A stretch of DNA of 64,000 nt. Source: Octopus sinensis (taxonomy: Eukaryota). Shown here in pieces: positions 24,351-39,639 of the stretch. The notes beneath the pieces were generated by a model. That model was not told the DNA's origin. It saw nothing but the letters and a program-made list of their open reading frames with translations, and made no database searches. The translations under genes and the position numbers were made by a program. Numbering within the stretch: the first letter of the stretch is position 1; each line of letters starts with the position of its first letter. The stretch lies in the NCBI RefSeq assembly GCF_006345805.1, contig NC_043010.1, positions 34,968,001 through 35,032,000 of the forward strand. Direction: 5' to 3'.

Positions 24351-26090
24351 ATGTATAGAGGAAATAAAAGTGGTGGAGATTACAAATAATAATTAAAATA
24401 ATAGTAATAATAATAATAATGATGATAGCAGTCTGAAGTAAAGCTGCCAGTTAATTGACTTATATCTGATGAAGCAAAATTTCCATTACATATATAATGG
24501 AATATGTTGATGTGGCTATTGTTAATAATGGTAGTTATGATGAAAAGCATGAATGCACATACACAATTACACACATACATATACACACACAAGCAGAAAC
24601 AGACAATTAAGTTATTTAGCTCTATGCCAATATAGAATGGTTCAAGCACCATTTCATTTCATTGATTTATACCATTTTCCATATGGCGTTGTAGTTTGAA
24701 ATAAAGAAGAAAGAAAAAAGAGCAGAGAAAAGTGAAGGAAATAAGAGAAAAACAGAAAAAAAATAATACAGGAACAGAAAAAGAAAGAAAATAATGAAAG
24801 AGGAAAAAAAAGTAAGAGAGGAAAATATAAAGAGAAGTCAGATAATTTCTATAGTAATGAAGTAATATATATATAAATATATATACATAGAAAAAATATA
24901 TATAATATATATAGAAAGATATATATCAAAAAAATATATATAATATATATATATATATGTATATGTACAATATATATAAAATATATTTGGAAAAGGATGT
25001 GTGACGTTCGATCATATATTAATATAAATAATATATAAATATATACATATATATATATGTACATACCTACATATATAGGTATATATACATGCATATATGG
25101 GTACAGGACATCAAAAAAACGTTGAACACAATGAGAAATGAAGACATAAAAACAAAAACATAGAAATGAACAATTTGTTCGAACAACAAAAAAACAAACA
25201 GAGAAACGAGACATGCAACATAAAGAATATTCCTCTTCTTCAGTAGTCCCTGTTTCATCTACTCCACGTTTTCGAAGGAAAGGACAATACGTGACTTTGT
25301 TGAAACAGTCCTTCCCGCAAAGCAAATTAAATAAAATTTGGGATTTTTTGCGGAGAGTGAAATTGGCAACAAGAATAGGACAGTGAGAACAAAACAGTAA
25401 AAACAAATGGTGAGGGCTGTTAAGCCAAGACGATAGAAAAAATCGTTATGAACGCTAAGAAGACGAGCTTATGAGAGGAGACAGTATAAGCATGTGCAGT
25501 CTTTAGGAAGATAATGGACAGAAAGATAGATTCTCTTTCGTCACATCCTTTTATTCCATGGTTTCATGAATTAGACTGAGTGCAGTGGCAGATTTTCAAC
25601 AGCTGGCAGGCCAATGGTCAAAGATAGTCCACCTACGAATGTCCTGCGATTTTTAACCAGACATTACCCAACAAAGGCTACATTATCCATTGTGACCTCT
25701 AGTTTCAAGACTATAGGTTGTAATTTCAGGGAAATTTGGATGCTATTTTTCTAGCAAGTCAAAGAGGCTTCCTCTTTAAGATTGAATAGATGAGGTACTA
25801 GACTCCATAATCATAAGTAACAAGTTTGAAATTGCTGCAGAAGAATTTTTTGTGCTTCACTTGCTTTCTTTTGCTTTTTGTTGTTGTAGTTGTTTTTACT
25901 ATGACTTACAAGGTCCCACTAATTTGAAACATTCATTAATTCTACAACTTACAAGGTCCCATCAATTTGAAATACTTTCTGGGTTTGCCTCTCATAATAC
26001 ACTGTTGGACATAATATCCATGAAAAAAGTGAATGTTAAACCATAAAACTGTAGCTGACTGCTCAATGTAGCAATTTAAAGAACAATAGC

Positions 26091-26125
<35 letters not shown>

Positions 26126-26134
26126 ATATACATA

Positions 26135-26515
26135 TTCTTTTATTTGCTTCAGTCATTTGACTGTGGCCATGCCGGAGCACTGCATTTAGTTGAACAAATC
26201 GATCCCAGGACTTATTCTTTGTAAGCCTAGTACTTATTCCATGGGTCTCTTTTGCGAACTGCTAAGTTATGGGGATGTAAACACAACAACATTGGTTGTC
26301 AAGCAATGGTGGGGGACAAACACAGATACAAACTTACACACACACACACATACATATAAATATATATACATACATATATATATATATATAAGACAGGCTT
26401 CTTTCAGTATCCTTCTACCAAATCCACTCACAAGGCTTTGGTCGGCCTGAGGCTATAGTAGAAGATACCATGTAGTTGGTAAATAAGCTACTTACCATAC
26501 AGCCACTCCTGCACC
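26135..26515 (-). mobile_element. SINE family A
   Basis: Reverse complement of the family A head, body and tail. Confidence 0.85.
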
Positions 26516-26607
26516 TATATATATATATATATATATAGTAACTCTCTATCTATCTATGTATAAACTGGGTTAGATAGTGGGTGGGTGAGGAGAGAACTAA
26601 CATATAA

Positions 26608-26681
<74 letters not shown>
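26608..26681. repeat. (TAGA)n microsatellite
   Basis: Direct reading. Confidence 0.95.
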
Positions 26682-27699
26682 GTAAAGCAATTATCAAAAT
26701 TTATGAACAAAATCTATGACTGAGAAATGAATCATTAATTTTAAATGAATGTGCTTTTATATGTGAGTTTGTGTAAGTGAAAGAGAGAGAGAGAGGGGAA
26801 GGGCAAGAAAGAGAGAAAAGGAGAAAGGGTGTGTGTGTTTTATAGTATTTAAAATATTTTCTTCACCACCCTCAAACTGAAATATCAGAGCGTAGCAATC
26901 AATCTACTGCATGCATTTCAGTTTAGTCTCTTGAATAATGCCCTTCATTTCTACATCACTTCAGTCTCAACAGCTTATCAGGATTAAATCAAGACAAGAT
27001 TCTTCTGGAAATGTCACTCAAAACAGATAGACAGCTATCCTATCCACCTGGGAACTCATCATCTCCCATCAACTTTAACACCATCGGGTTAGACATAAGC
27101 ATTAACTTTTAAGCCTCTGGTGTCTGTCATCATCTAGAGTTCTTACAGATTTTCTCTCTCAATTTCTCTTATGATTGGCAGACATCTTTAATCAACCTCA
27201 GTCCATGGCTATCAAAGTATGCACCAGTTTCACTATTCCTCTACTTATTCAAATTCATATCAGGTTATTGCTATACTCCTTCAATACACATTTCATTCTA
27301 CCCACACTGAATGTGAAACGGTTGCAGAAATGGTGGCACTTTGGACTAAGTACCTTCAAATATATTATGGTATCATTTTAAATCAAGATGCCACTATCCC
27401 ATATTTTAAAGTGAAAGCATTTGAATCCTTTGCTCACTAAAGGAGCAGCAATGTGTATGTGTGTGAGTGAGTGTGTGAGTGTGCACATGTGAGGGAGAGA
27501 TTCTGATTGGTTATTTTTTAACTAGGTCTCACAAAACCCCTGCTTTCACCAATAACTCACCACCACCACCACCACTTTATCCTGCCATTTAACAGCACCC
27601 CCTATTACACAGAAATAACTAAATCCCTAACTAAACATATAAACAAAATTCCATGAGCAGTAAGTGAAAATTATAGCAGGGATGAAATTTTTTTATTCC

Positions 27700-28780
27700 C
27701 TTTCCAAAGCATATTCCAAACCACACCAAAACCTAACAAAATTCTGGCAAAGTTCCCAACAACAACAGCAATAATAATGGTTTTGAATTTTGCCACAAGG
27801 GCAGCAATTTTGAGGGAGGGGGTCAAGGTGATTACATCGACCCCTTTGTTCAATGGGTAATAATAATAACAATAATCCTTTCTACTAAAAGCACAAGGCC
27901 TGAAATTACATTGATCCCAGTGTTTCACTGGTACTTAATATATTGACCCCAAAAGGATGAAAGACAAAGTTGACCTCAGCAGAATTTGAACTCAGGATGT
28001 AGCAGTAGATGAAATACTGCTAAGCATTTTGCCCAACATGCTAACGATTCTGCCAGCTCACCGTCTTGAATAATAATAGTAATCTTTTCTACTAGAGGCA
28101 CAAGGCTTGAAATTTGGGGGAGGGGGATAGTTGATTACATTGACCCCAGTGTTTCACTGGTACTTAATTTATTGACCCCAAAAGGATGAAAGGCAAAGTT
28201 GAGCTTGGCGGCATTGGAACCCAAAACATGAAGGTGGATGAAATGCCACTAAGCAATTTGCCAAGTGTGCTAACAATTCTGCCAGCCTACTGCTTAATAA
28301 TAATAATAATAATAATAAATAGTTATTATTATTACTGTTATTATCAATAAGGCTGAAGCAAGCTAGCAGAATTATTAACATACTGGATGAAATGCATAGT
28401 GGAATTTTGTCCTTTTTTACATTCTGAGCTCAAATTCCACCAAGGTCAACTTTGCCTTTAATCCTTTCGGTATCAATGATATAAGCCCCAGTTCAGTACA
28501 AGGGTTGATGTAATCAACTAGCCCCCACGTCTTCCAAAATTGTTGGCCTTGTGCCAAAAATTTGAACTCATTGTTGTTGTTGGTAAAGAGTTGAGTTGGC
28601 AGAATTGTTAGAACATCAGGAAAAAAATGCTTTGCAGTACACTCTTTACATTTTAAGATCAAATCCTGCCAAGGTTGACTTTGCCTTTTGTCATTTTACA
28701 GTCGATAAATTATCGGCCAAGTACCAGAATAGATGGCACTGGTTAATCCCTTCCTCTTGAAATTGCTGGTCTTGTACCTA
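27700..28780. mobile_element. Cluster of several old SINE family C copies in both orientations
   Basis: Repeated ggatgaaaggcaaagttgacc...gaatttgaactcag motifs and (AAT)n tails. Confidence 0.75.
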
Positions 28781-29069
28781 ACATTATTACTCTTTTACTT
28801 GTTTCAGCCATTTGACTGTGGCCATGCTGGAGCACTGCCTTTAGTCGAGCAAATCGACCCTAGGACTTGTTAGTATTTTTAGTACCTCTGCCTTAGCAAA
28901 AGCAGAGGTATTGTTTTCAGCCATGTTTGTTTGCTTGTTTGTCCATGGACAAGATATCTCAAGAACCACTGGATGTTTGGCCTCATGACACCATCCTTCA
29001 ATTTTTTTTCTTGACAAAGAGGCCTTAATACCAAAATATCGAAATATAAACTAAACATAATTTAACATT

Positions 29070-29560
29070 CATTATCCATGCTGGCAATAGGCTGGACGGT
29101 GTGACAAGAGCTGGCAAGCTGGAGATGAGGGAGGGGCTGCACCAGATGCCAGTCTGATTTGGCATGGTTTCTACAGTTGGATGCCCTTCCTAATGCCAAC
29201 CCATTTACAGAGTGTGCTGTATGTTTTTACATGCACCATACAGGTGTTTTTACATGGTGTCACATAGGCGCTTTTTATGTGATACCACCACAACTGCTTT
29301 ACATCACCAGAAGGATCAGTCTTAACACTTCTGCTGTGGGGTACTGGTCTTCTTGAGCACAGCCAGGCACCAGGTATCAAGACCCTTTGTCATCTCACCT
29401 GAAAGGTTCAGCTTCTTGAGATCATTCTTCAGTACTTCACCCTACGTCTTCCAAAGTCTCCTACTTTCATATGTTCCAGCACTTCTTTATGGAACTGTCA
29501 GTATCCATCCATATCACCTGATCAGACCAGTGCAGTCATGTGATGCAGATGGATGCTGAC
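29070..29560 (-). mobile_element. Truncated RTE LINE (RT C-terminus plus 3' UTR)
   Basis: Minus frames LHWSDQVIWMDTDSSIKKCWNI and EVLKNDLKKLNLSGEMTKGLDTWCLAVLKKT; UTR motif ggatgcccttcctaatgccaacc. Confidence 0.7.
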
Positions 29561-30839
29561 AGTAAACAGTAGCCGGCAATTTTTACCTTCTTTACTTCTG
29601 CTTTCATTCCTTTATTTCCAACTGGCATTTTAAGCAATTTTACCTACTCTGTCACACAATGCTTCGTTCAAACTAAACTACTCTGATTTTGATATAGAAG
29701 ACGATATCGAATCAGTAGATTGTCAAGTGAAAATACTGTGTTGTATTTGGTAATGTCACTTAAGAATTCTGACTTCAGAAAATATGTGGTCGTCAGTTGG
29801 CATGGGCATGTGTGTGTGTGTGTGCATGTGCGTGTGTGTGTATGCGTGTGAACTGTCTGGTGACCAAGACAGCTTTGACAGCAGACCTATGATCAAAAGT
29901 ATTTCAATTGTGACAACCCAGTCTTTTGTAGTTAGTGTATGTAGGATTATATTATTCAATGTGTCTCCTCGATCTTTTTCTTTTCTTCTAAGACGGTAAA
30001 GAATGATTATAGGGAAATTTGGTGGCTATTTCTATTGGATCAAACCATTACGTAGAGGTTCCCTCATTAACTTGGGTGCAGAGGAGACAGAATCTATAGT
30101 AGTGAACCGGTATAGTTGGTAAGTTGTTGTACTGCTTAGCCTTAAGTCACAAGTTCAAATTTACTGCATTCCTGGACTAAACACTTTTATTCTACAATGC
30201 TTCAGTTACTCATGAAGTCACCAAGAATAGAGATTTTCATCCATTGATACATATCTCTGATCATTAAAATATCACACACACACACAAAATAATTTTATAG
30301 TTACAATCGACCTTACAATTAATATGGATATAGATACATGCTACACACAGAGTTCAAGGTCACTGGTTCAACATTTTTGCAAATGCAATCAAGTTCACTA
30401 ATGATTAATAGGTACAAATGTGAACCTATAATCAGGGTAGAAAAGCTGCAAGTTAACTAACGAATAACAACAGTAGTAAAGGAGTTAGATATTATGCTGA
30501 CTTCAGAACAGATAGAAACGACTGCTGAAAATCTAGTGTAACAATCTAGGTTGTTTTTGTTTCTCATACTGTATGCTTGCATATATAAATACATGCATGC
30601 ACATCCATAGACACGTGTACATACATACACATATACACATAAGCTAATAAGACCTCTAAATGTTAGCTAGATTTGACAGAAATAGTAGCTAAATTTCCCT
30701 AAAACCAAACTCTACTGTTTTTTTTGTGTGTGTGTGTGTGTGTATGAGCCACTGAGGGACCACTATGTGATAGCATGGTAGCTAGAAATATCAGTTGTAA
30801 GCCTTAAATCACACCTTTTATAGCCTTATGTATGTAAAC

Positions 30840-30874
<35 letters not shown>

Positions 30875-32835
30875 ATTTATGCATCCATAAATGTATGTAT
30901 GTGTATTTATATAATCTTCCCTACTAATAAAATTGAACCTGGCTATTATCTTACTTTGTAAACATCATCATAATTTCTAACATCAACATAAAATTATAAT
31001 TCTGGGGAGATGTGTAATGACTCCAGTCCTCAAAGGCAACCATGTAAATATCATGTTAATTAATATTAACTTCAGTAGACTATCACCAGATAAAATATTT
31101 CCTAGTATTTTTTTTACAGCCACTTACTTTCTGAGTTCAAATCACACTAAGGCAAATGTTGCCTTTTATTCTTTTCGATTGAAGTGCCAGCATAGAATTA
31201 GGTCAATATAATTGATAATGTCATCCTCCCCACAAGGTATTTATTATTGTGCCCACATTAGAAATTATTATTTTTTAAAAATTGCAAGAATGTCCCATCT
31301 TAGACTACAAAGAATTCAATACATTTTGGGATAAAATGCTAACAAACATACAACTTTTATAGACAGTAATATTGTTATTCCTGGAATGTGCTTAGGTGTA
31401 TGCTTATAGGTATTCCATTGTTGCCATTAAAGACATTATTATTATTATTATTATCATCATCATTATTATTATTAGGGTGGTGAGATGGCAGAATCATTAG
31501 CATGCCAGACAAAATGGTTAGTGGTATTTCATTTATCTTTATGTTCTGGGTTCAAATTCTGCCACGGTCGACTTTGACTTTCATCCTTTAGGGGTTGATA
31601 AAATAAGTACCAATTGAACACTGGGGTTGATGTAATCAACTTACTCCACCCCTGAAATTGCTGGCTTTGTGCCAGAATTTGAAACCATATTATTATTGTT
31701 ATCATTATCATCATCATCATTATTATCACTGGTAGAAACAAAGCACTGGAAAAAATGCTTTGTGATATTTGTTTTGGCTCTTTATTTTCTGAGTTCAAAT
31801 CTTACAGAGGTTAATTTTTGTTTCCTCCAGCCAGGGACAATAAATTACCAATCAAGTACCAGGGTTGATTTTATTCGATTAACCCACTTCTTGCTAAATT
31901 GTTGGCCCTGTGCCTAAATCAGAAATCATTATTATTATCATTGATAGTAGTAGTAGTAGTAGTAGTAGTAGTTGACCCCAGCACTTGATTAATACTTTAT
32001 TTTATCAATCCTGGAAGGATGAAAGGCAAAGTTGAGTTAGGAAGGATTATATCTGTCAGTTCTGCACCAAATTCATTTACAAGAGATTGGCAGGTCTGGG
32101 GTTATAGCAGAAGACACTTGCCCAAAGTGCTGCTCATTGGGACTGAACCAGAAACCATGTGGTCGCAAAATGAGCTTTTTAATCACATCACACAGCCATA
32201 TGGAGGTAGTATGGTTACTCAAACGACTAGAATCTTTATTAACAAAACTGGTGCATGATTCCATAGATATGTATATTGGTGGGCATTTCTTTTGTCTAAT
32301 AAAGACGTCTACTTGGTTGTTGTTAACCTCTGAGTGATAACTTTAATGACATCACCATTATGTTTACATGTAAACATCAATGGCTTTTAATTTCATCATC
32401 ATCATTTAATATCCGCTTTCCCTGCTGGCAGAAGTTGGTTGGTTTGACAAGAGCTGATGAGACAGAGGACTGCACTAAACTTCAATGTCTGCCTTGGCAT
32501 AGTTTCTGTAGCCAGGTGTCCTTCCTACTAATGCCAACTACTTCAGAGTGTAGTAGGAGCCTTTCACACTCTGTGAAGTTGGAAAATAGATGTAGTCATT
32601 TATATTGACTCCAGTATCTGACTGGTACAGTATAAATGCGGAAATTATTTTCTTGGATAGAACTGATAGATTGCCAGAGAAAATGCTTTGTGATATTTGA
32701 TTATATATGTTCATGTTCTGAGTTTGTTCTGAGTTCAAAGCCCATGGAGCTTGACTTTGTCTTTCTAAGGGCCCTAAGATAAGTACAAGTCAAGTACAGC
32801 AGTTAAGACATTTCTTGCATGATCACAGCCAGTAA

Positions 32836-32868
<33 letters not shown>

Positions 32869-32902
32869 AAATAAATATTTGTAAGAATGAAAAAGACTGG
32901 AT

Positions 32903-32971
<69 letters not shown>

Positions 32972-33129
32972 TGCATACTTTATATATTTCATTGTATGTA
33001 TATATATATATATATTGAGAGATATATAAAAGCATATTCATATATATATATAAATATGTGTGTATGTGAACATCAATAATTGCGTTTTTTTCCCATTATG
33101 TTTCTGTTGCCCTTGTGGCAAACAAGAAA

Positions 33130-34143
33130 TCATTACTATTAATATGACATATAAATATATTATTAGCTATGACAGAGATAATGCAATGTCTGTATGGCGG
33201 CATCTCTTCTACATTGACTTCAGCAGAGAGTGCGAATAGAGAGAGAGAAGAGAAGAAGGAAGTAAGTAAGTCACATGTGGAAATATGTCAAAGACAATAA
33301 AACGGTAATGCCACAACAGCAACAAATGGATGAAATAGAAGTCGAAGAGCCTGATAAAGGCTGAATCGGAGTTTGGGGTTTAGTTATGCTGGACACATAA
33401 GGAAGAGATGAAGAGAGAAAGAGAGAAAAAAGAAGAGAGAGTAAGAAGGAATGAGAAAGGTGAGCGAGAATTAGAGAAAGTGTGAGGTGTGAGGTTGGAG
33501 TCTGACCAGTGCTGCTAGTCAGCTGATTATAGGCAATGTGGCAACAGCTGCAGCAGCATCCTCTTCTGCATCCACACTATCTTCAGTCATATGACTCACT
33601 GTCCGTCATCATCATCATCAATTCCTTTCTTTCTGTCTTCCTCCCTCCCTAGAAAACAAAGCCACATCGGTCAACAACAGCCAGTCAACCAAGCACTTGG
33701 ACTCAGACACATACAAAAGACTCACTGTATACCATAAACATACATAGACACAAGCATACACAAATGTGTGTGTGTGTGATGTGAAAGTATATTCCCCCTC
33801 TCATTCACACACTTACATACATGCATACATACATACATACATACATACATACATACATACATGCATGATGTGTTTTCTCCTTCCTCCTCTCTCACACAAA
33901 TACAACATTAATATTTCACATCACATCAACTGCATCAACCTTATATTCATCTGTCTCATCGAACAGAGCCCCACCCTATGGAACTTGTGTGTGTATATAC
34001 ATAATGATGGGTAGTAATGTATGTTTGCGTAGAATATACAACAGATATACATATGAATTTGCTCATATCTCAGATATATGAGCATGTATTTAATGTGCAC
34101 ACATTATACTGATACACGTTTCACATATACACCATATATATAT

Positions 34144-34174
<31 letters not shown>

Positions 34175-34870
34175 TGGTGTGTGTGTGTATGTATGTGCAC
34201 ACATTTTATCAATACACATGACTCACTCACTATTTATATATACATGCTTTAGAATTACCCACTAGCATACACAAAACACAGTAATACATTAACAGATATT
34301 ACATACGCACCATGGACATATAGACATTATAAGTACATTAGCATACATTACATGCAAACTGTTACACATAAACAATGTCATATACAACTAAATTCACACA
34401 CTAGCTTACCTTTTCCATTAAATACACTCATTCGTCTACAATATAGCCAGTAATTATAGCAGAGATGTGATAAAATATAACACAATCAGTAAAAAATATG
34501 ATTACAGTATGCACAATATATAGCCCTTAAAACACACACACACACATATACTACATCAAATATTTGAAATGCAAACAGTTACATAGATTATATATACAAG
34601 TAAACACACACTAGGTACACAATATGCATTAACATACATTGTTCATATAACACTATATTTATGTAGGTAATTCACATCATATATATTAACATGCACTTTT
34701 TAATATACACAAGCTACATCAATGCATATTATACACAAACACATTTAACATCCTATAAACACCCACTACAAACATTTTCATAAACTGAATATACACAGTG
34801 TATAAATATTATTGTAAATGTACTCACAAAATCACGCTCACAAACGTACGTTATACGAAAATAATATTCA
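33130..34870. promoter_or_regulatory. CpG-retaining unique segment; possible alternative promoter or UTR exon
   Basis: Locally frequent CpGs, tandem plus-strand donor gtaagtaagt at 33261, and a long purine tract (33400-33480) that forms a strong minus-strand acceptor at 33389-33391. Confidence 0.3.
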
Positions 34871-35287
34871 CACACACACATCACATACATAGTACATATT
34901 ATTGGTTTAAATTTTGGCACAAGGCCAGCAGTTTCAGGGGTTGGGGTAAGACAATTATATTGACCCCTGTACTCAACTGGTACTTATTTTATCAACTTCA
35001 AAAGGATGAAAAGGAAAGTTGACTTCAGCAGACACAGTACATACTTTTGATATATATATATATATATATATATAAATATTACATTAAAATATGACCGTGT
35101 ACTAACCATATACATTCATGTGAGCAGACACTCCACATACACACATCACATAATACAACACACTGCATCACACAACATACAATACCATGCAATATCTATA
35201 TTCACACCATACAAGGGAACATTTATATGGCTCTAAATGAAATAGTGACTAAATTTCTCACTAATCACATTGTATCATGTTAGATAT

Positions 35288-35560
35288 GGAAAGGACACTT
35301 TCTCGGTTTCCTTGGTGTATAGGTTCCCCACCAGGATGGGATGCCAGTCCATTGTAGGTGAGCTGCAAGATGCAGGAGGAAAGAGTGAGAGAAAGTTGTG
35401 GCGAAAGAGTCAGCAGAAGTTTGCCATTACCTTCTGCCAAAGCCACATGGAGCTTAGGTGTTTTGCTCATAAACATACACATCGCCAGGTCTGAGATTCG
35501 AACCCGCGATCCCTCAACCGCAAGTCTGCTGCTCTAACCATTAGGCCATGTGTCTCCACC
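35288..35560 (-). mobile_element. SINE with family B head and V-domain-like body (older copy)
   Basis: The minus-strand body tggactggcatcccatcc...aaggaaaccgag matches the 57328-57620 copy. Confidence 0.65.
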
Positions 35561-36029
35561 ATGCAGTCTTACATACTCCTAAAAAAGAAAAAATGATGAG
35601 ACTTCAAACAAATATAAAAAACAAAAAGGTGGCTAAAATCATGGAATCCTGCTAGAACGTCTTTGATCAAAAGCCAGCTCAATCAGGTTTTGGCTAAGAG
35701 TTAAACAATGACAGCACAACAATACACACAATGTATCAGTGCTCTCAATTGTTAATAAAAACCCTTCTGTTTCTGTTTTAATGAAATATTTCCATCAGCA
35801 ATTTAGTGAAGAGAAATTGATTAGAATTTTCAACATACCAGAGAGGTTTTTAACGGGAAAGATTGTTAACTGCAATCTGTTATTTAAAATAAACATTTTG
35901 TTGTTGTTGTGTAAGCCCCAGTTCTGACCTAATACAGCATAGCTATGGTATATAGATATTGTTTTTAATAAGATGATCAAAGAAGGAGAGGCAGTGTCCA
36001 TGACATTTATGAGCCTTTCTAGGCTGGTG

Positions 36030-36400
36030 AGATTGATGTGGTTCATGTTTAGTTTGAACATTCTATAGGTTGATTTTTGCAGGAAAAATATGGGTGAGGA
36101 ATAAATTCCCAAAGGTTACAGTCCTGGAAATGGAGGAGTGGTTGAAGTGTTTAATATGGTACCCGAGAAAGAGCAACTTAATAAGAATTACAAGAGAATG
36201 AAGGACAAACAGGAGGAGCAAGCCTGAACAGTAAAGGACATGTAGATAACTAATTCAGAGAAGCGGAAGCAAGGACAAAGTGTATGAAGGGCAAGAGTAT
36301 GAAGGACTAATAGAAGAAGCAAGCCAGAATGGAGAGGAACATGTAGATAATTAATTCAGAGGAGTGGAGGCAATTGTAACAGCAATAAACAAAAAGTAAA
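36030..36400 (-). pseudogene. Decayed CR1/Jockey-like LINE 3' end with a ~100-bp internal duplication
   Basis: Minus frames HIKHFNHSSISRTVTFGNLFLTHIFPAKINL / MFKLNMNHINL resemble HY..SF..RT..LWNSLP..IFP..YNLQ.FK; catgtagataa.taattcagag occurs at ~36239 and ~36340. Confidence 0.55.
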
Positions 36401-36513
36401 ATGAGGAATCAATGCATCTGTATGTTTCATGTTGCAAAATGACCAGGTGCAATCCACAGACTTTCTATGTTTTATTTGATTAGTATAGATGGTTGGCAGA
36501 AATGGTACTGTTA

Positions 36514-36745
36514 AGGCAGCAAGCTGACAGAAACATTAGCACGCTGGGCAAAATGCTTAGCAGTATTTCGTCTGTCTTCACATTCTGAGTTCAAATTCTG
36601 CCAAGGTCCACTTTGCCTTTCAACCTTTCAGAGTCGACAAATTAAGTACCAGTTGTATACTGGGGTCGATGTAATCGACTTAATCCCTTTGTCTGTCTTT
36701 GTTTGTCCCCTCTATGTTTAGCCCCTTGTGAGCAATAAAGAAATA
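36514..36745 (+). mobile_element. Full-length SINE family C
   Basis: 16-bp TSD agaaatggtactgtta at 36498-36513 and 36746-36761. Confidence 0.88.
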
Positions 36746-37059
36746 AGAAATGGTACTGTTAGAATACAGAGATTACACTATATATTTTCATCCTGCTGAG
36801 ATCAAATTTGTCTTTCGTTACAAACAAGATGAATAAAATAAGCAGTGGTAACATGCTGAAATTAATTCAAATGATTGACTCTGTTCCCAACTTACTAATT
36901 TGTGGTGGCATTGTACTTATTTAAGAAATTGTCATCATTACTATTAATGTAAAATAAATCATTATATCGTATTTTCCAGTACAGTATTTGGTTTTCTTCC
37001 TTGTAAAACTGACTTCAGTTTCAGCAAAATTCAAGTTAGCCCATCATCAAATCTTACAA

Positions 37060-37500
37060 TTGCACTTAACTATCAAGAATTGATATCACATCTGGGAATC
37101 CTGCATGCAAAAGAAAGCTGGCATCTTACTGGAAAGGGAGATTTATATCATCCAGAAAACTGTTGCACTGATGTGTACCCAGGTATAGTTATATTTATGT
37201 GACATGTAAACAGCTTCGAAGCTTTAGCCATCAGAGTATGTAGAATGCCAGGTTGGTCACCAAGCATAGAGTTAGCAGTCCAAATTTTGCCACCGTCATT
37301 TAGCTGCACTGCAATCTGACTACAACTAGATGACATCTTTGTCAAATGATTTAGTCCAATAATGAGAAAATTACAAAGCATGAAACAAACAAAATCTTGC
37401 AGCAGCAGAATGTAGAAGTCTATTGAAATAACCTCCATGAATTACCAGCTCTTGGTCTATTGACTCTGGAAAGAGCAAAGAACAAAACGAACCACAGAAA
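37060..37500 (+). pseudogene. Highly decayed CR1-like RT thumb/C-terminal region
   Basis: Plus frames NYQELISHLGIL and NNLHELPALGLLTLERAK resemble the KYLG and RLKELGLPTLEERR motifs; multiple stops. Confidence 0.4.
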
Positions 37501-39602
37501 AATTTGAAGTTATTTTAGAAAGAGAAGGATAAAAAGTTAAGGAATTTAGTCCAATATCACACAACATCCACCTCAGCACACAGATTTGAAAATAGAGGAT
37601 TCTAGTCAATTCAGGCAACACCAATACTTGACTGGGGCATAAATGTTTGTTTGAGAAGAGTAGTTAATAAGATTATAATTTTTATTATTAACTGCTAACC
37701 TCATCATTAGAAATGAAAGATTTTTTTCTAATATTTACATCTAAATACATTAGCAACTTTGTGAATAAAAATGTTATTACTCTTAGTATAGGAATAAAAG
37801 GTTCTTATTTCAAACTGAGTCTGATACATATGATCCAGAAATAAGATACCTGTAGATCAACAGAAATTAAAAGGATCAAAACAGTGTAAATATAATAAAT
37901 ATTGTGAAAAAAACTTACTCTGAACATGAAAATAATTGTAATTTTATTAAATCTTAGCAAACTCAAAAGTGACAACTGTGGGATTTTCAACAAAGAACAG
38001 AGTAAAATAACTAAATTTCACTCTTAAGATTCTTTAGCTTAGGACCAAGAGAATAGCTCTAAGAAAGACCATTCCTGTACTTAGTCTTAAACAAGAGTTT
38101 CTCCCAACTATTCTGGTGAGCTTTGTTTATAGAATCAGGTGCCAAGTTTTAATTACAGACTATGTGTGAGAGGTAGTGTTTAATCACAATTTGTTTCTTA
38201 TTCTTCATAGCCAAAAAGAATTAAGTGTACCACCACAAATGTACTTTCTTATTTACTAATTCTAGTCACTGTATTGTTGTCATATTAGGGCATTGCTTTC
38301 AAAGGTATACGCAATTATAGCAAATATAATATTTGATTTGCATTTAAGCCATTAACATTATTGAGATGGTTAAAAGCCAAGATCAGCTGGGTAGGATACA
38401 AATTCAGGATGTAAAGAGATGTGACCTAAAAACCAATTCTACCATCTATTGTGTATGACAGAAAGATAAAATATAGCCATGGCCCTATAAGCTAAAAAGT
38501 CTAGTGTATATTCACATATCAAATTCATTTTGGTAATGTGAAGACAATAGATTACAGTAGTATTACAAAGACAAGTTACTTAAAGTTTAATGCCATCAAC
38601 GAAAGAAGACTGATAAAGCTGATTCTTGAAAGAAACAACAGGCAAAAAATTGTGCAGAAGATGGTGATGTGGGCAGGACACCAAGCTGTTTCATTGTACT
38701 ACATAGAGTTCACACAATGAAATAAGCATGTTGTGGGAAGAAAATAAATCTGACATTTTAGGCTCCAACGAAAGGCCCTTGCTTGAAACATCAGATTATT
38801 TCTTCTTCTTAATGGCATTCTAACTTAATCTCACTAGTAAACTTTCTGCACTTATTATTTTCCAAAACAGATTATGACTAATTACTCATTCTCTAAAACT
38901 TTTCTTTGATACTGACAACATCATAAGTTGGCAATTCAAATCTGCTGGTGGTATATTTTGCATGTTTTGGGATAGAACATTCTATTCTGCATTTCCTTGG
39001 TTTAGCCAACTGTCTAGAATAAGTAATAGATCTAAAAATACCATGTGATAGATGGGTGTCTGTCTGTCTCTCTGTCTCTCTCTTTCACAATATGTGTGTG
39101 TGTGTATGTAATACACACACACACATCATTTTAATATTCAGTTTTCCATACTTGCATAGGTCAGACAGAGTATATTGAAGCAGGTTTTCTACAGTTTGAT
39201 GTGCTTCCTGTCACCAACCATTGCCTCTTTCCAAGCTGTGTAGTATTTCCTGTTGTCCTTTAAACATGACCAGCTGATGGCTGGACATGTTTTCACTGAA
39301 GATTGCAAAATAAATGGCACTAATTGTATAATGGTGACATTCCTTTACTATTAGCACATAGTATCAAGACAAGAAGGCACACTCACACATACAAATATAC
39401 ATGTATTTTATGCATACATATAATTTTTGTTTGTATGATGGTGATGTTCATTCGTAACTATATATATATATATATATATAAAATGATGAACCTCTCTCAG
39501 TTTCCTTGTACCAAATCCACTTACAAAGCTTCAGTTGGACTGAGTCTATATTAAAAGATATTTGCTCAAGGTACTCCACAGTAGGACTGAACCTGAACTT
39601 TG

Positions 39603-39639
<37 letters not shown>

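Noticed and set aside
25215-25300. ctgaaga motif (minus strand) in a dispersed repeat, a possible hammerhead
   Set aside because: No GAAA follows the putative helix II and no helix I pairing was found.
37148-37463. Minus-strand 96-aa ORF after a good polypyrimidine acceptor
   Set aside because: There is no convincing donor or domain, and the plus strand shows CR1-like remnants; a micro-exon cannot be fully excluded.
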